Shown here piece by piece: positions 16,884-27,293 of a DNA stretch of 64,000 nt. The notes below the pieces were generated by a model. The model ran no database searches and had not been told where the DNA came from. It saw only the letters and a program-made list of their open reading frames with translations. The translations under genes were made by a program, and so were the position numbers. The first letter of the stretch is position 1. Each line of letters opens with the position of its first letter. The DNA comes from Bryobacterales bacterium (GTDB lineage: Bacteria > Acidobacteriota > Terriglobia > Bryobacterales > UBA6623). The stretch lies in the NCBI GenBank assembly GCA_028819235.1, contig JAPPMC010000080.1, positions 1,412 to 65,411 of the forward strand, given 5' to 3'.

Positions 16884-18341
16884 GTGCCAGCCCCGTACGG
16901 ACAGTCGCTAGCCCTGCTGACCGACCTTTACCAGCTGACCATGGCGTGCGGTTACTGGAGGGAAGGCATGGCCGAGCGCGAGGCGGTCTTCCACCACTAC
17001 TTCCGGAGGGCCCCGTTCGGAGGGTCGTTCGCCATCGCAGCCGGGCTGGAGACGGCCCTGCGATGGCTCGACGACCTGCGTTTCGCCGAGGACGACCTGA
17101 AATACCTCAGCGGCCTGACGGGAAACACCGGCAATGCACTGTTCCCGCCGCACTTCCTGAGCTATCTCGAGAGACTTGAATTCGCGTGTCACGTGGACGC
17201 AGTGCCCGAGGGGACGCTCGTACTGGCGGAAGAGCCGCTCGTGCGCGTCCAAGGCCCCCTGCTGCAGTGCCAGCTTGTCGAGACGGCGCTGCTCAACCAG
17301 ATCAACTTTCAGACGCTGGTCGCGACCAAGGCGGCTCGCGTTTGCCTCGCCGCACGTGACGCCCCCGTGATCGAGTACGGGCTGCGCCGCGCCCAAGGTA
17401 TCGACGGCGGGCTCAGCGCCAGCCGTGCGGCCTACATCGGGGGCTGCGCCGGAACTTCGAACACGCTGGCCGGCAAGCTGTACGGCATCCCCGTCAAGGG
17501 AACGCAGGCGCACAGCTGGGTGTTGGCCTTCGACAACGAGCGCGAGGCGTTCGAGGCGTTCGCAAGGTCCATGCCCGACAACCTCGTGCTGCTGGTGGAC
17601 ACGCACGACAGCCTAGCCGGGATCGAAAAGGCGATCGAGGTGGGACTGAGTGCGCGCAAGCGAGGAATCCGCCTCGCCGGCATCCGGCTGGACTCGGGAG
17701 ACCTTGCCGCGCTCTCAAAGCAGGCACGCGACCTGCTGGACGCTGCGGGCCTCGGCGGCACAGCGATCATCGCATCGAACGATCTGGACGAGCACGCCAT
17801 CGAGCGGCTGAACGCCCGAGGGGCACGCGTGAGCGCGTGGGGCGTGGGCACTAGCATTGCGGCGGCCAAGGGCCAGGCCGCCCTCGGCGGCGTGTATAAG
17901 CTGGCGCTGTTGAGAGACCGAAGCGGGACTTGGGAGCCCAAGGCGAAGCGCTCGGAGGACGCCGGCAAGTCCTCAACTCCCGGCATGCTGCAGGTGCGCC
18001 GGTTCTGGGACGGGCAGCGGCCCGCCGCCGACCTGCTGTACGACGAGACGTACCACCCCGCTGGGCAGTGGGCCGGACTCGGACGCTCGGCTGGCGCGGG
18101 CGCGGAGCCGGTCACGCTTGGAGGCCCGTCGGAAGACCTGCTGCGGCCCGTGATGCGGCGCGGCCGGCGGGTGGCCCCGGCAGCGACCCTTTCGGAGTCG
18201 CGCTCGGCAGCGCGCGACTGGATGCACCGGATCGGGCGGAAGGCCCTCCACGCGGAGCCTGGCGCAGACGCGATCCCCTTCTTCACCGAGACGGGGCTAG
18301 CGGCGCGGCGCAGCGCGGAGTTGGGCCGCGACGCGAACTGA
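16884..18341 (+). CDS. pncB: Nicotinate phosphoribosyltransferase
   Basis: 485 aa. N-terminal [14 protein letters not shown] and the overall NAPRTase pattern (GTQAHSW). Confidence 0.8.
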   Translation: MPAPYGQSLALLTDLYQLTMACGYWREGMAEREAVFHHYFRRAPFGGSFAIAAGLETALRWLDDLRFAEDDLKYLSGLTGNTGNALFPPHFLSYLERLEFACHVDAVPEGTLVLAEEPLVRVQGPLLQCQLVETALLNQINFQTLVATKAARVCLAARDAPVIEYGLRRAQGIDGGLSASRAAYIGGCAGTSNTLAGKLYGIPVKGTQAHSWVLAFDNEREAFEAFARSMPDNLVLLVDTHDSLAGIEKAIEVGLSARKRGIRLAGIRLDSGDLAALSKQARDLLDAAGLGGTAIIASNDLDEHAIERLNARGARVSAWGVGTSIAAAKGQAALGGVYKLALLRDRSGTWEPKAKRSEDAGKSSTPGMLQVRRFWDGQRPAADLLYDETYHPAGQWAGLGRSAGAGAEPVTLGGPSEDLLRPVMRRGRRVAPAATLSESRSAARDWMHRIGRKALHAEPGADAIPFFTETGLAARRSAELGRDAN

Positions 18342-18357
18342 GCCGGAAGAATCGCTG

Positions 18358-19563
18358 CTATCCGATCTCGGGAAGATTCTCCCGCAAGATGCCGATGTCC
18401 TTATCCCCGCGGCCGGAGAGGTTGACGATGATCGAGCGGCCGGGAGCTCCTGGCGCCCGCGCGATCGCCTCCGCGACGGCGTGGGCCGACTCAAGTGCGG
18501 GCAGGATCCCCTCCAGATGGCACAAGCTGCGCACGGCGGAGACCGCGTCTTCGTCGGAGCAAGAGGTGTAGCTGGTCCGGCCCATCTCGCGCAGCCAAGC
18601 GTGCTCGGGGCCGACCGAGGCGTAGTCTAGGCCGGCCGACACCGAGTGGGTCCCGGCAATCTGGCCATCCTTGTCCTGCAGGATGTAGCTGCGGGTCCCC
18701 TGAAGCACACCGGGGACGCCGCCGGCGAAGCGTGCGGCGTGGTCTCCGAGACTCTCGCCGCGCCCCCCGGCTTCGACGCCCACCATCTCAACGCCGTCAT
18801 CGGCGAGGAAAGCGTGGAAGAGGCCGATCGCGTTGCTGCCGCCGCCGACGCAGGCAATCAGCAAGTCGGGGCAGCCGCCGCCTGAGATCTCCCGAAACTG
18901 CCGGCGCGCCTCGACACCAATGATCCTCTGGAAGTCACGGACGATCATCGGATAGGGGTGCGGTCCGAGCGCGGAGCCGAGCATGTAGTGGGTGGACTCG
19001 AAGCTGCCGGCCCAGTCGCGCATGGCCTCGGAGATGGCCTCTTTGAGGGTGCAGCTGCCGGCGTGCACCCCCTCGACGCGCGCGCCCAGCAGACGCATGC
19101 GAAAGACGTTCAGCTCTTGGCGACGCATGTCCTCGGAGCCCATGTAGACGACGCACTCCATGCCAAAGAGCGCGCAGACCGTCGCGGTTGCGACGCCGTG
19201 CTGGCCCGCCCCAGTCTCGGCTATGATCCGCCGCTTGCCCATCCGGCGCGCCAGCAGCGCCTGTCCAAGGCAGTTGTTGATCTTGTGGGCACCGGTGTGC
19301 AGCAGATCCTCGCGCTTGAGGAAGATGCGGGCTCCCCCCAGCTCCTCGCTGAGGCGGCGGGCATGGAACAGGGGGGTCGGCCGGCCGGCGTAGCGGTCAC
19401 TCAGCTCGCCCAGCTCCGCGAGAAAGCCGGGGTCGTCTCGGACCTGCTCGTAGGTGGCCTCCAGATCCTGCAGCGGGGCCACCAGGATCTCGGGTGCGAA
19501 GCGCCCGCCGAACTGGCCGAAGTGCCCCAAGGAGTCCGGACCGGTGGGGAACGCCTGTTGCAT
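18358..19563 (-). CDS. trpB: Tryptophan synthase beta chain
   Basis: 401 aa. Motifs [17 protein letters not shown] (PLP lysine) and GGGSNAIG. No trpA is adjacent. Confidence 0.95.
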   Translation of the reverse strand: MQQAFPTGPDSLGHFGQFGGRFAPEILVAPLQDLEATYEQVRDDPGFLAELGELSDRYAGRPTPLFHARRLSEELGGARIFLKREDLLHTGAHKINNCLGQALLARRMGKRRIIAETGAGQHGVATATVCALFGMECVVYMGSEDMRRQELNVFRMRLLGARVEGVHAGSCTLKEAISEAMRDWAGSFESTHYMLGSALGPHPYPMIVRDFQRIIGVEARRQFREISGGGCPDLLIACVGGGSNAIGLFHAFLADDGVEMVGVEAGGRGESLGDHAARFAGGVPGVLQGTRSYILQDKDGQIAGTHSVSAGLDYASVGPEHAWLREMGRTSYTSCSDEDAVSAVRSLCHLEGILPALESAHAVAEAIARAPGAPGRSIIVNLSGRGDKDIGILRENLPEIG

Positions 19564-19724
19564 CCCTTCACCTTACAGGCAGCGCCGGGCCACCCAGGCA
19601 CCGGCGAACGGGCCGGCGAACGCCTGCCGAATCGCGGGCTGGCTCCGGGAGGGATGTGCCGCAACGGACCGGACAATGCGCCCAGTCCGGAGGCGGTTGC
19701 CCGGGGCCTTCGGCGGAAGCGGCG

Positions 19725-20903
19725 TCAGCGTGCCGGATTCTCGTACCAGACTACGCCGAGCCCGTCGGCTTCCTCGCTCGTGAGAATGTCCAAGTCCCCG
19801 TCGCCGTCGAGGTCGAGCAGCTCGATGCGGTCGAACTTCGTGCCTTGCGGACCTCCAACGTCTGTCGCCTCCCACTCGGACGCCGTCGCGTCCCCGGAGT
19901 TGCTCAGCAGGCCAACCCCGGACAGGTCTCCTTCGGCGCCCTCGCAGGTGAAGACGATGTCAGCGTCCCCGTCCTGATCCATGTCGCCCACCGCCACTGC
20001 CTTTCCGGTGCCGAAGCCGGGCGGCACCGATATCGGGTGCGTCCGCCACCTGTTGCCCCGAGCAGACGTGCTGCGGAAGAACTGGATCGGGCCTCCTTTG
20101 ACGGCCATTACCACGTCCGTCTGGCCGTCGCCGTCCAGATCCGCCACGTCAAGGAACATGGACTCGTGCTCGCCTTCCGTGCCAATCCGAACAACCGGCC
20201 AAGCGGCACTTCCGGGCATGTTCTGGAACCATAGCGCTCCGCGCCGCGGACCTTTGCGATCGCTCGCTACGATGTCAGGCGCCCCGTCCCCGTTCATGTC
20301 GTGGGCAAGGATGGACATCACCCACCCGGCCCCGTACCAGCGGCTCCATGAGGCCCTGCCCCCGGCACTTGTCGGAAAGCGCCAAGCCCCGATGGCGGCG
20401 AAATCGTTCTTCGAACCCGCCACGAGGTCCATCGATCCGTTTCCGTCCACGTCCATCGGATGGGCGAACATCCACTGGTTCTTGCCCACCGAGCGGGTCA
20501 CCGCACGGGTCTCCCAGCCTGCCGGATCCAGATAGGAATCGCCCGACGACTGGTGGATGTAGACGGTCTTCTCGTCGCCCTCGGTCGAGCTGACGACCTC
20601 GAATCGGCCGTCGCCGTCCATGTCGGCGAACACAGCGTCCTCCGGACTGGTGACCGTGCCCACCGTCACCGCGGGCCACTCCCCGGCAGCCTTGCCCGCA
20701 CCAGGATGCAGGTAGGCGCGGACGTGCCCGGACTGCTCCCAAGGGGTCGCAATGTCCGGCAGGCCATCCCCGTTTACGTCGGCCACTCGCACGCCGTCGG
20801 CACCCTCGCCAGACGCATCGATCGTGTGCCGCTCCCACGGGGCGGCGGCAAGGCCAACCGCGAACAGCAAGGTGGGGATGAGACAAGCCGCAACTCGAAC
20901 CAT
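19725..20903 (-). CDS. Secreted FG-GAP/VCBS repeat protein
   Basis: Repeated DxDGDGxxD calcium-binding motifs (DVNGDGLPD, DMDGDGRFE, DVDGNGSMD, DMNGDGAPD, DLDGDGQTD, DMDQDGDAD, DLDGDGDLD). I set the start at ATG 20903 (MVRVAACLIPTLLF signal peptide), because the longer ORF to 21236 would overlap def. Confidence 0.7.
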   Translation of the reverse strand: MVRVAACLIPTLLFAVGLAAAPWERHTIDASGEGADGVRVADVNGDGLPDIATPWEQSGHVRAYLHPGAGKAAGEWPAVTVGTVTSPEDAVFADMDGDGRFEVVSSTEGDEKTVYIHQSSGDSYLDPAGWETRAVTRSVGKNQWMFAHPMDVDGNGSMDLVAGSKNDFAAIGAWRFPTSAGGRASWSRWYGAGWVMSILAHDMNGDGAPDIVASDRKGPRRGALWFQNMPGSAAWPVVRIGTEGEHESMFLDVADLDGDGQTDVVMAVKGGPIQFFRSTSARGNRWRTHPISVPPGFGTGKAVAVGDMDQDGDADIVFTCEGAEGDLSGVGLLSNSGDATASEWEATDVGGPQGTKFDRIELLDLDGDGDLDILTSEEADGLGVVWYENPAR

Positions 20904-21027
20904 GCGCCCGATTGTAGACCAAGGATTGCGGGCCCGAGATCCTCCCGCCCCACCGCCTGCTGGGGCGTGATCACCAGGGCGGGCTCCCGCCCTACTACCA
21001 TGGAGGGACTGAAATCGAAACGCGTCG

Positions 21028-21549
21028 ATGCTGCTCAGGATCGTACTGTACGGAGACCCGGTCCTAGAGACCGTGTGCGAACCCGTCAAAGAGGACGAGT
21101 TCGGCAAACCCCAGCTGCGGAGACTGGTCAGTGACATGTTAGAGACGATGTATGACGCGGAAGGCGTCGGCTTGGCGGCGCCGCAGATCGGGCTGCTAAA
21201 GCGCCTGACGGTTATTGACTGTTCAGGGCCCGACACGCGGTCCGAGCCTCACGTGCTGATCAATCCGAAGATCGTCTCGGCCGATGGCGAGCAGATCGGG
21301 ACGGAAGGCTGCCTCTCGATCCCTGGCTTCACCGGCAAGGTAACTCGGCCTGCGACCGTGCGGGCCCGCTTCCGGAGGGTGGACGGGAGCCACGGCGAGG
21401 TCGTGGCCACGGGTCTGCTGGCGCGCGCGATCTGCCATGAGAACGACCACTTGAACGGCGTGCTGTTCCTCAGGCACCTCGGAACGCTGAAGCGCGGATT
21501 GATCAAGAAGAAGATCCGCAACCTAGCCAAGCAGGGCGAGTGGTCCTGA
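21028..21549 (+). CDS. def: Peptide deformylase
   Basis: 173 aa. Motifs GVGLAAPQIG, EGCLSIPG and HENDHLNG. Confidence 0.95.
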   Translation: MLLRIVLYGDPVLETVCEPVKEDEFGKPQLRRLVSDMLETMYDAEGVGLAAPQIGLLKRLTVIDCSGPDTRSEPHVLINPKIVSADGEQIGTEGCLSIPGFTGKVTRPATVRARFRRVDGSHGEVVATGLLARAICHENDHLNGVLFLRHLGTLKRGLIKKKIRNLAKQGEWS

Positions 21550-21550
21550 A

Positions 21551-22483
21551 GTGCGGGCCATCTTCATCGGCACACCCGAGTTCGCCGTGCCGTCGCTGGA
21601 AGCCATGGCGAACCGTCACGACGTGCGCCTCGTCGTCACGCAGCCGGACCGGCCAGCCGGCCGTGGGAGGAAGCTGAAGGCGCCCGCAGTCAAGCGGCGA
21701 GCCGCCGAACTGGGCTTGACCCTGGCGCAGCCGCGGCGCGTGGGCGAGGACGAGAGCTTCGCCAGATTGGCAGCGTGCCATGCTGACGTGATTGCAGTGG
21801 TCGGCTACGGCCAGATGATTCCCAAGCGCATCCGCGTCCTCACTCGCCACGGCTGCGTCAACTTGCACTCCTCGCTCCTTCCGAAGTATCGGGGGGCCGC
21901 GCCTCTGAGCTGGGCGATCGTGAGGGGGGAGCGCGAGACTGGTGTCACCACCATGCGCATCTCGCGCAAGATGGATGCCGGCGACATCCTCCTGCGCCGG
22001 AGGACGAAGATCGGCCGGTCGGAGAGGGCCTCCGACCTCGCGCGACGCCTCGCCCCGGTCGGCGCCGACCTCCTGCTGGAGACACTGGACCGTCTGGAAG
22101 AGCGGACGCTCCAGCCAACGCCCCAAGACGACGCAGCGGCCACATACGCGCCCATGCTGCGCAGGAAGGACGGCCTGGTCGATTGGTCGCTACCCGCCGC
22201 CTCCATCTACGACCGCCTGCGGGGCCTGGACCCTTGGCCGGGAATTCACACTTTCTTCCGGAACCGACGCCTGCGCATCTGGGATGCCGCCCCCGGCGAA
22301 GGGGAGGATCTGGAACCGGGCCGGGCCAAGGCTCACCGCGAGGGGCTCGCCGTGGGCTGCGGATCGGGCACTCTCGTGCTGAAGGAGGTCCAGCTTGAGG
22401 GCCGTCGGCGCATGGGCGCACCAGCATTCCTGCGCGGCTGGCGCTTGGCGCCGGACGAGGCACTTGGCAAATGCAAGAACTAG
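21551..22483 (+). CDS. fmt: Methionyl-tRNA formyltransferase
   Basis: 310 aa. VVTQPDRPAGRGRKL and NLHSSLLPKYRGAAPL. The def-fmt operon arrangement supports the call. Confidence 0.9.
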   Translation: MRAIFIGTPEFAVPSLEAMANRHDVRLVVTQPDRPAGRGRKLKAPAVKRRAAELGLTLAQPRRVGEDESFARLAACHADVIAVVGYGQMIPKRIRVLTRHGCVNLHSSLLPKYRGAAPLSWAIVRGERETGVTTMRISRKMDAGDILLRRRTKIGRSERASDLARRLAPVGADLLLETLDRLEERTLQPTPQDDAAATYAPMLRRKDGLVDWSLPAASIYDRLRGLDPWPGIHTFFRNRRLRIWDAAPGEGEDLEPGRAKAHREGLAVGCGSGTLVLKEVQLEGRRRMGAPAFLRGWRLAPDEALGKCKN

Positions 22484-23673
22484 CCGAATCTCACCTGCCG
22501 CTGGGCTTCCGCTTCTCGGCGGGTCGTGCCGGTATCCGCAAGCACGGCGGGGATGACCTGGCGCTGATGTTGTCCGAGCGCCCAGCCACGGCAGCGGGTG
22601 TCTTCACGAGGAACTGCGTGCGCGCAGCCCCGGTCGAGCTCAGCGCACGGGCGCTGCGAGAGAGCGGGGGCACGGCCCGCGTAATCGTCGCAAACGCCGG
22701 CAACGCGAACTGCGCGACGCCCAACCAGGCCGCGGTAGCGAAGGCGACGGCGGAGGCCGCAGCGGCTCTGGCCGGTGTGCCGCGGCATCAAGTGCTGGTG
22801 GCTTCCACCGGGGTGATCGGCGAACCGTTCGCCGAGGAGGTGATTCCCGACGCTCTGCCCGGCCTGTGGCGGTCCTTGGACCGGGCCCAATTCGAGGCAT
22901 GCGCCAAGGCCATCATGACCACCGACACCGTCCCGAAGGCGCGCCGCGCGTCATTCGAGGTCGGGGGCCGCACGGCGCGGGTGGCGGGCATGGCCAAGGG
23001 GGCGGGCATGATCATGCCGGACATGGCAACCATGCTGAGTTTCCTGTTCACAGATGCAGACGTGTCGCCGGGGCACTTGCGCAAGGCGCTTCAGCTGGCG
23101 GTTGGACGCAGCTTCAACTGCATCACTGTGGACTCGGACACTTCGACGAACGACACCGTGCTCCTGCTGGCGAATGGCGCTTCGGGCGTGACCGTTGAGG
23201 ACCGTGCAGATTCAGCGACTGCCTTCTCGGAGGCGCTCGGCGGCCTGACCCAAGCACTGGCGATTGACATTGCGCGTGACGGCGAAGGGGCGTCCAAGCT
23301 GGCGCGGATCGCGGTTCAGGGCGCGCAGTCGGAAACCGCCGCCAGGCGGATCGCTATGGCGATCGCCAATTCCCCGCTCGTCAAGACGGCCATCGCCGGG
23401 GCAGATCCGAATTGGGGGAGGATCTTGGCGGCGGCGGGCAAGTCTGGACAGCCATTCCGTCCGGACGATGCGGATATCTCCATCAACGGCACGCAGGTTT
23501 GCTCGGGTGGCATGCGAGCCGACTTCGAGGAAGCCCCGGTGCAGCGCGCTATGGAAAGCGACTCGGTCGAGATCGAGTTCCGCCTGCGTGGAGACGGTCT
23601 AGGCCAGGCAGCCGTCTGGACATGCGACTTGACGGAGGGCTACGTGCGCATCAACGCCGACTACCGCACCTGA
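22471..23673 (+). CDS. argJ: Bifunctional glutamate N-acetyltransferase / amino-acid acetyltransferase
   Basis: 400 aa with the autoprocessing site context MATMLSFLFTDA. The length and motifs match ArgJ. Confidence 0.9.
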   Translation: MQELAESHLPLGFRFSAGRAGIRKHGGDDLALMLSERPATAAGVFTRNCVRAAPVELSARALRESGGTARVIVANAGNANCATPNQAAVAKATAEAAAALAGVPRHQVLVASTGVIGEPFAEEVIPDALPGLWRSLDRAQFEACAKAIMTTDTVPKARRASFEVGGRTARVAGMAKGAGMIMPDMATMLSFLFTDADVSPGHLRKALQLAVGRSFNCITVDSDTSTNDTVLLLANGASGVTVEDRADSATAFSEALGGLTQALAIDIARDGEGASKLARIAVQGAQSETAARRIAMAIANSPLVKTAIAGADPNWGRILAAAGKSGQPFRPDDADISINGTQVCSGGMRADFEEAPVQRAMESDSVEIEFRLRGDGLGQAAVWTCDLTEGYVRINADYRT

Positions 23674-24355
23674 CGATTCGGATCGGTCCGCTCAAGGCCC
23701 TAAAGAGAGACGTCCGATTTGAGTCTGTTCGTGGCAGTCCTTGCCTGCCACGCGGCGCATCTAACGCGGCGTAGGCTGGCCGATGTGGGGATCCGCGACC
23801 GCTGTGCCACGATCCGTCCGAGGGTGGCTCAATTGGATCCCGCCACGACACGTCATCGAACTGTCGACGGACGATTGATTGTGAACTACCTGGACACGAC
23901 GCCGCGCCCGGAGGCGGCCTAGGTCCCCACGGCCGTGGGAATGGAGGCGCAACTGCACCGGAAGCAGAGCTGAGACGCATTCAGACCCGGCCTTCTTGGG
24001 GCGTAAGCGTTGTGCCACCGAGCCGATCGTGCGGCTTCCATACCCTACATGCTGTGGAGTGGGAACCGCGTTGTCCACAATTGTGGCCGGTTGGCGCACT
24101 CTAGGTCGACCAGACTCGTTGCAGGAGAGCGGCTCCCGGGATCGGGCAAGGAGTAGATCTGATGGGGCTAGGGTCGCTCCTCAGCCAAGCGTGTAGACTA
24201 CCTGATGAGAACCGTTCACGGTCGTGCCGCCGCGTAGAGTTCGACAGGACGCCCGGTGTCCGTCGGGACCGCGGGTCCCATGACTTGGCGGGGTTGGTTT
24301 TGGACCACCACTCGCGACTCGCCGACGCGAGGCTAATCGCCGCCGGAGGCCCTAA

Positions 24356-24661
24356 TTGACAAGAGAGCAAGAACAGTTGGCACGTGAAGCGAAGGCGATT
24401 GTAGCCTTGGCTTTCCGCAACGGCCCGATCGAAGATTGTCACGCGGGCTTCGAATGTCCCAAGTGTGCGGGGCGATCCCGCTATTCCGGAATCACCCAGT
24501 CCGAGGTGAAGGAGATCATGAAGGCAGCAGTGAACCGAATGTACACGCTGTTGCTCTACAGGAGCACGAATCGTGAGAAGTTCGACGAAATGATGAGATT
24601 CGGTTCGTTGTTCACCCGCAAGTGGGACAAGCCGGTGGAACTCTCGCCCCTCGAGTTCTGA
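24356..24661 (+). CDS. Hypothetical 101-aa protein (Cys motif C-x6-C-x2-C), atypical composition
   Basis: TTG start preceded by GGAGG 6 nt upstream. Codon usage is visibly less GC3-biased than the backbone genes. This is the only ORF in 23.7-25.5 kb that looks protein-like. I recognise no family. Confidence 0.5.
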   Translation: MTREQEQLAREAKAIVALAFRNGPIEDCHAGFECPKCAGRSRYSGITQSEVKEIMKAAVNRMYTLLLYRSTNREKFDEMMRFGSLFTRKWDKPVELSPLEF

Positions 24662-25143
24662 CCTCACACTTCCGGTCACGCACCAATCAGGAGTTCCGGC
24701 CTTGACCGGCCATTCAACACCCCTGATTGTGTTCTCTGTGCACCATGGCAGTCTGCCACGCATGGCTCTCAACCGGGCTGAAATGCGATCCGCCATCACG
24801 CCCGCAGAGCCTTCACCTATCTCCCCGGCCAAGATCTGGAGGTGAACTCAGAGCTGAGCCCGTTAATGCTTACCGAACGGGCAGGATACGATCCCTAAAG
24901 AAACACTTTTGCGGTTCAGTGCGTCCGTCAAGCCTTTCGGAAGAAGCGGTATCGAGTGGCTAAGACGGGTAAGTTCGCCGTGCTCAGCGTCGGATCGACC
25001 AAAATCCCAATAGCCGAAGTCGGACTGGTCGCTCGAGTCGAGCATCGACCGACCAAGAAGGACCAATCTCATGCAGCGATCCTCGGCTGCGAGTCCGATG
25101 CGCTGGCGGTTGCTCTCGCTCTGCAGAGGCTGATTCGGACTAG

Positions 25144-25171
25144 AGACCTCCATCCGAAAGACCTCCATCCG
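25144..25171 (+). repeat. 13-bp perfect direct repeat AGACCTCCATCCG x2 (period 15)
   Basis: Read directly from the sequence: copies at 25144-25156 and 25159-25171. Confidence 0.6.
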
Positions 25172-25536
25172 TCAGTGTAGTCCTGTCCCCCGCTAGCAGG
25201 TCGACACGCGGGAGCGGCATACGGCAATAGCACATCCCAGCAGCAGTGCCGCCCTGCCGAGTGAGGCCTGTGTCCAGTCCGCTCGGCGCGGGTTGTACCG
25301 ACCACCCTCTACGGATTGGCTTGCGCCGCACGAGGCCTGCGCGTACCCGCGCCAATCGTGCGTGGAGCATCGAGTCGGCCCGAGCGGGTACGGCCCGGGA
25401 CGGGCAGCCGCCTTCAGTTGCGACCGAACAGAGGGCTACATGCGGATCCGTCCGGACTAACGCACTCGGGACCCAGCCTGGCTCTGGTGTCGGGCACATT
25501 CCCGACAGTGGGCGTACCCTGAGATAGTACTGGCAC

Positions 25537-25612
25537 GGGCCCTTAGCTCAATGGTTAGAGCAGCGGACTCATAATCCGTCGGTTGCAGGTTCGAGTCCTG
25601 CAGGGCCCACCA
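25537..25612 (+). tRNA. tRNA with CAT anticodon, probably tRNA-Ile2 (lysidine type) rather than elongator Met; CCA encoded
   Basis: A 76-nt cloverleaf folded by hand. Acceptor GGGCCCT/AGGGCCC, D arm GCTC-AATGGTTA-GAGC, anticodon arm GCGGA-CTCATAA-TCCGT, T arm GCAGG-TTCGAGT-CCTGC, then ACCA. C4:G69 and C5:G68 and the overall sequence resemble E. coli ileX. Confidence 0.9.
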
Positions 25613-25619
25613 TCCCAAG

Positions 25620-27278
25620 GTGCGCCAGTACAATGCACGCGGGGTGAGGTTGGCGGTCGCAGTCCTGGGGGCGGCCCTGCCCACACTCGCTCTGGCCCAG
25701 GATGCCCCGCTGCGGCTCGACCTGAACTATGCGAAGCAGCGGCCGGTTGACCGGGTGCTGGCCAAGGTTGACGCAAACCGCGACAGCTGGATTTCCGAGA
25801 GAGACTACCAAGAGATCGATACGGAGCTGAAGCAGTGGGGCAAGGCCCTCGCTTCCGACCCGCGCTCGCTCGAGACGCTCTCCGGCTGGACGGGGGGGCC
25901 GGCAGAGATCGAGCTCGCGGAGTTCAAGATCACAGAGATCGAGCGCGCCGGAGACGGCCAGGACCTCGTGCGCGCCCAACTTCGGGCAGAGGTCGGCGGG
26001 ACTGACAGCGAAGGCCGCCTCCGGTCAGTCCTGGGAAACATGGCCACGCTATGGACTAAGGATGGGAACGGCTGGACGCTACGAGGGATCGAGGGCGGCA
26101 AAGCCCGGTCGCTGACCGCCGAGCGAAGGGGTTTCGCGGAGATCACCGAGCGTGCCTTCGGAAGAGATGACGCCCATGCGAGGCAACTGGGCCTTGGAAC
26201 GGACCATTGGCGCGACTCGCTGGACGCAGCGCTGGGGGTGTCGGTGTACGGCCACCAAGGCATCTCGTTGGGGGACTTCGACGGCGATGGCGTCGAGGAT
26301 CTCTATGTCGGCCAGCCTGCCGGCCTGCCCAACCGCCTCTTCCGCAACAACGGCGACGGCACGTTCTCCGACGTCTCCCGGCGGGCCGGCCTGGACGTGC
26401 TTGACGAGACGTCCATGAGCCTGTTCGGGGATCTGGACAACGACGGCGACCAAGACCTCGTGCTGGTCGGGGCCGCGCCGCTCCTGTTCCGGAACGATTC
26501 GGCGGGGCGCTTCGAACTGGACCGGCGGGCCGGCCTGGACGTGCCCGAGGAGCGCGCCGCCATGCTCACCGGCGCGGCGCTGGCGGACTACGACCTGGAC
26601 GGAGATCTGGACTTGTACGTGTGCGCGTACGACTTCTGGGAGGCGGGCTCGGACTACGACGCCCCGACGCCCTACTACGACGCCGTGAACGGCCCGGCCA
26701 ATTTGCTCTACCGCAATGACGGCAGCGGCGTGTTCGAAGAGGTGTCCGCCGAGTCGGGCCTCGATCCGGGCAATGATCGATTCAGCTTCGCGGCGGCGTG
26801 GGGCGACTACGACGACGACGGGGACCCGGACCTCTACGTCGCCAATGACTTCGGGCGCAACAACCTGTACCGCAACAACGGCGACGGCACGTTCTCCGAC
26901 GTCGCCGCCGCCCTAGGCGTGGAGGACTTGGGAGCGGGCATGTCGGCGGCGTGGGGCGACTATGACAACGACGGGGACCTAGACCTGTACACAGCCAACA
27001 TGTGGTCGTCGGCAGGATTGCGGTTAACGGGCAGCGGCCAGTTCGGCGAGGCAGTCCCATCCGAAGCTGTCCGCAAAAGCTTCCGGCGCCAGGCACAGGG
27101 AAACTCGCTGTTCCGGAACGACGGCCAGGCCGGATTCGCGGACGTCAGTGACGAGGCCGGCGTACGCACCGGCCGCTGGGCCTGGGCTTCGGACTTCGTG
27201 GACTTCGACTCCGACGGGTGGCTGGACCTGTTCGTGCAGAACGGTTACATCACAGGCGAGCGGATGGACGACCTATGA
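25620..27278 (+). CDS. CRTAC1/ASPIC-type FG-GAP repeat protein, N-terminal part (ends at in-frame TGA 27276-27278)
   Basis: Signal peptide followed by repeated FG-GAP/VCBS motifs (GDFDGDGVEDLYV, GDLDNDGDQDLVL, DYDLDGDLDLYV, GDYDDDGDPDLYV, GDYDNDGDLDLYT, DFDSDGWLDLFV). The same frame continues into the next ORF. Confidence 0.75.
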   Translation: MRQYNARGVRLAVAVLGAALPTLALAQDAPLRLDLNYAKQRPVDRVLAKVDANRDSWISERDYQEIDTELKQWGKALASDPRSLETLSGWTGGPAEIELAEFKITEIERAGDGQDLVRAQLRAEVGGTDSEGRLRSVLGNMATLWTKDGNGWTLRGIEGGKARSLTAERRGFAEITERAFGRDDAHARQLGLGTDHWRDSLDAALGVSVYGHQGISLGDFDGDGVEDLYVGQPAGLPNRLFRNNGDGTFSDVSRRAGLDVLDETSMSLFGDLDNDGDQDLVLVGAAPLLFRNDSAGRFELDRRAGLDVPEERAAMLTGAALADYDLDGDLDLYVCAYDFWEAGSDYDAPTPYYDAVNGPANLLYRNDGSGVFEEVSAESGLDPGNDRFSFAAAWGDYDDDGDPDLYVANDFGRNNLYRNNGDGTFSDVAAALGVEDLGAGMSAAWGDYDNDGDLDLYTANMWSSAGLRLTGSGQFGEAVPSEAVRKSFRRQAQGNSLFRNDGQAGFADVSDEAGVRTGRWAWASDFVDFDSDGWLDLFVQNGYITGERMDDL

Positions 27279-27293
27279 AGCTTCTTCTGGCGG

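Noticed and set aside
24202-24235. CUGAUGAG followed by a short stem-loop (AACCG-UUCA-CGGU), reminiscent of a hammerhead ribozyme core
   Set aside because: The obligatory CGAAAC/GAAA element after stem II and a cleavage-site helix are absent. The sequence continues CGUGCCGCC.
24164-24310. GGGGCU... start and ...GGACCACCA end, reminiscent of tmRNA or a tRNA-like element
   Set aside because: It is only about 147 nt. There is no T-arm (GGTTCGAATCC-like) before the CCACCA, no tag reading frame and no acceptor-stem complementarity between the ends.
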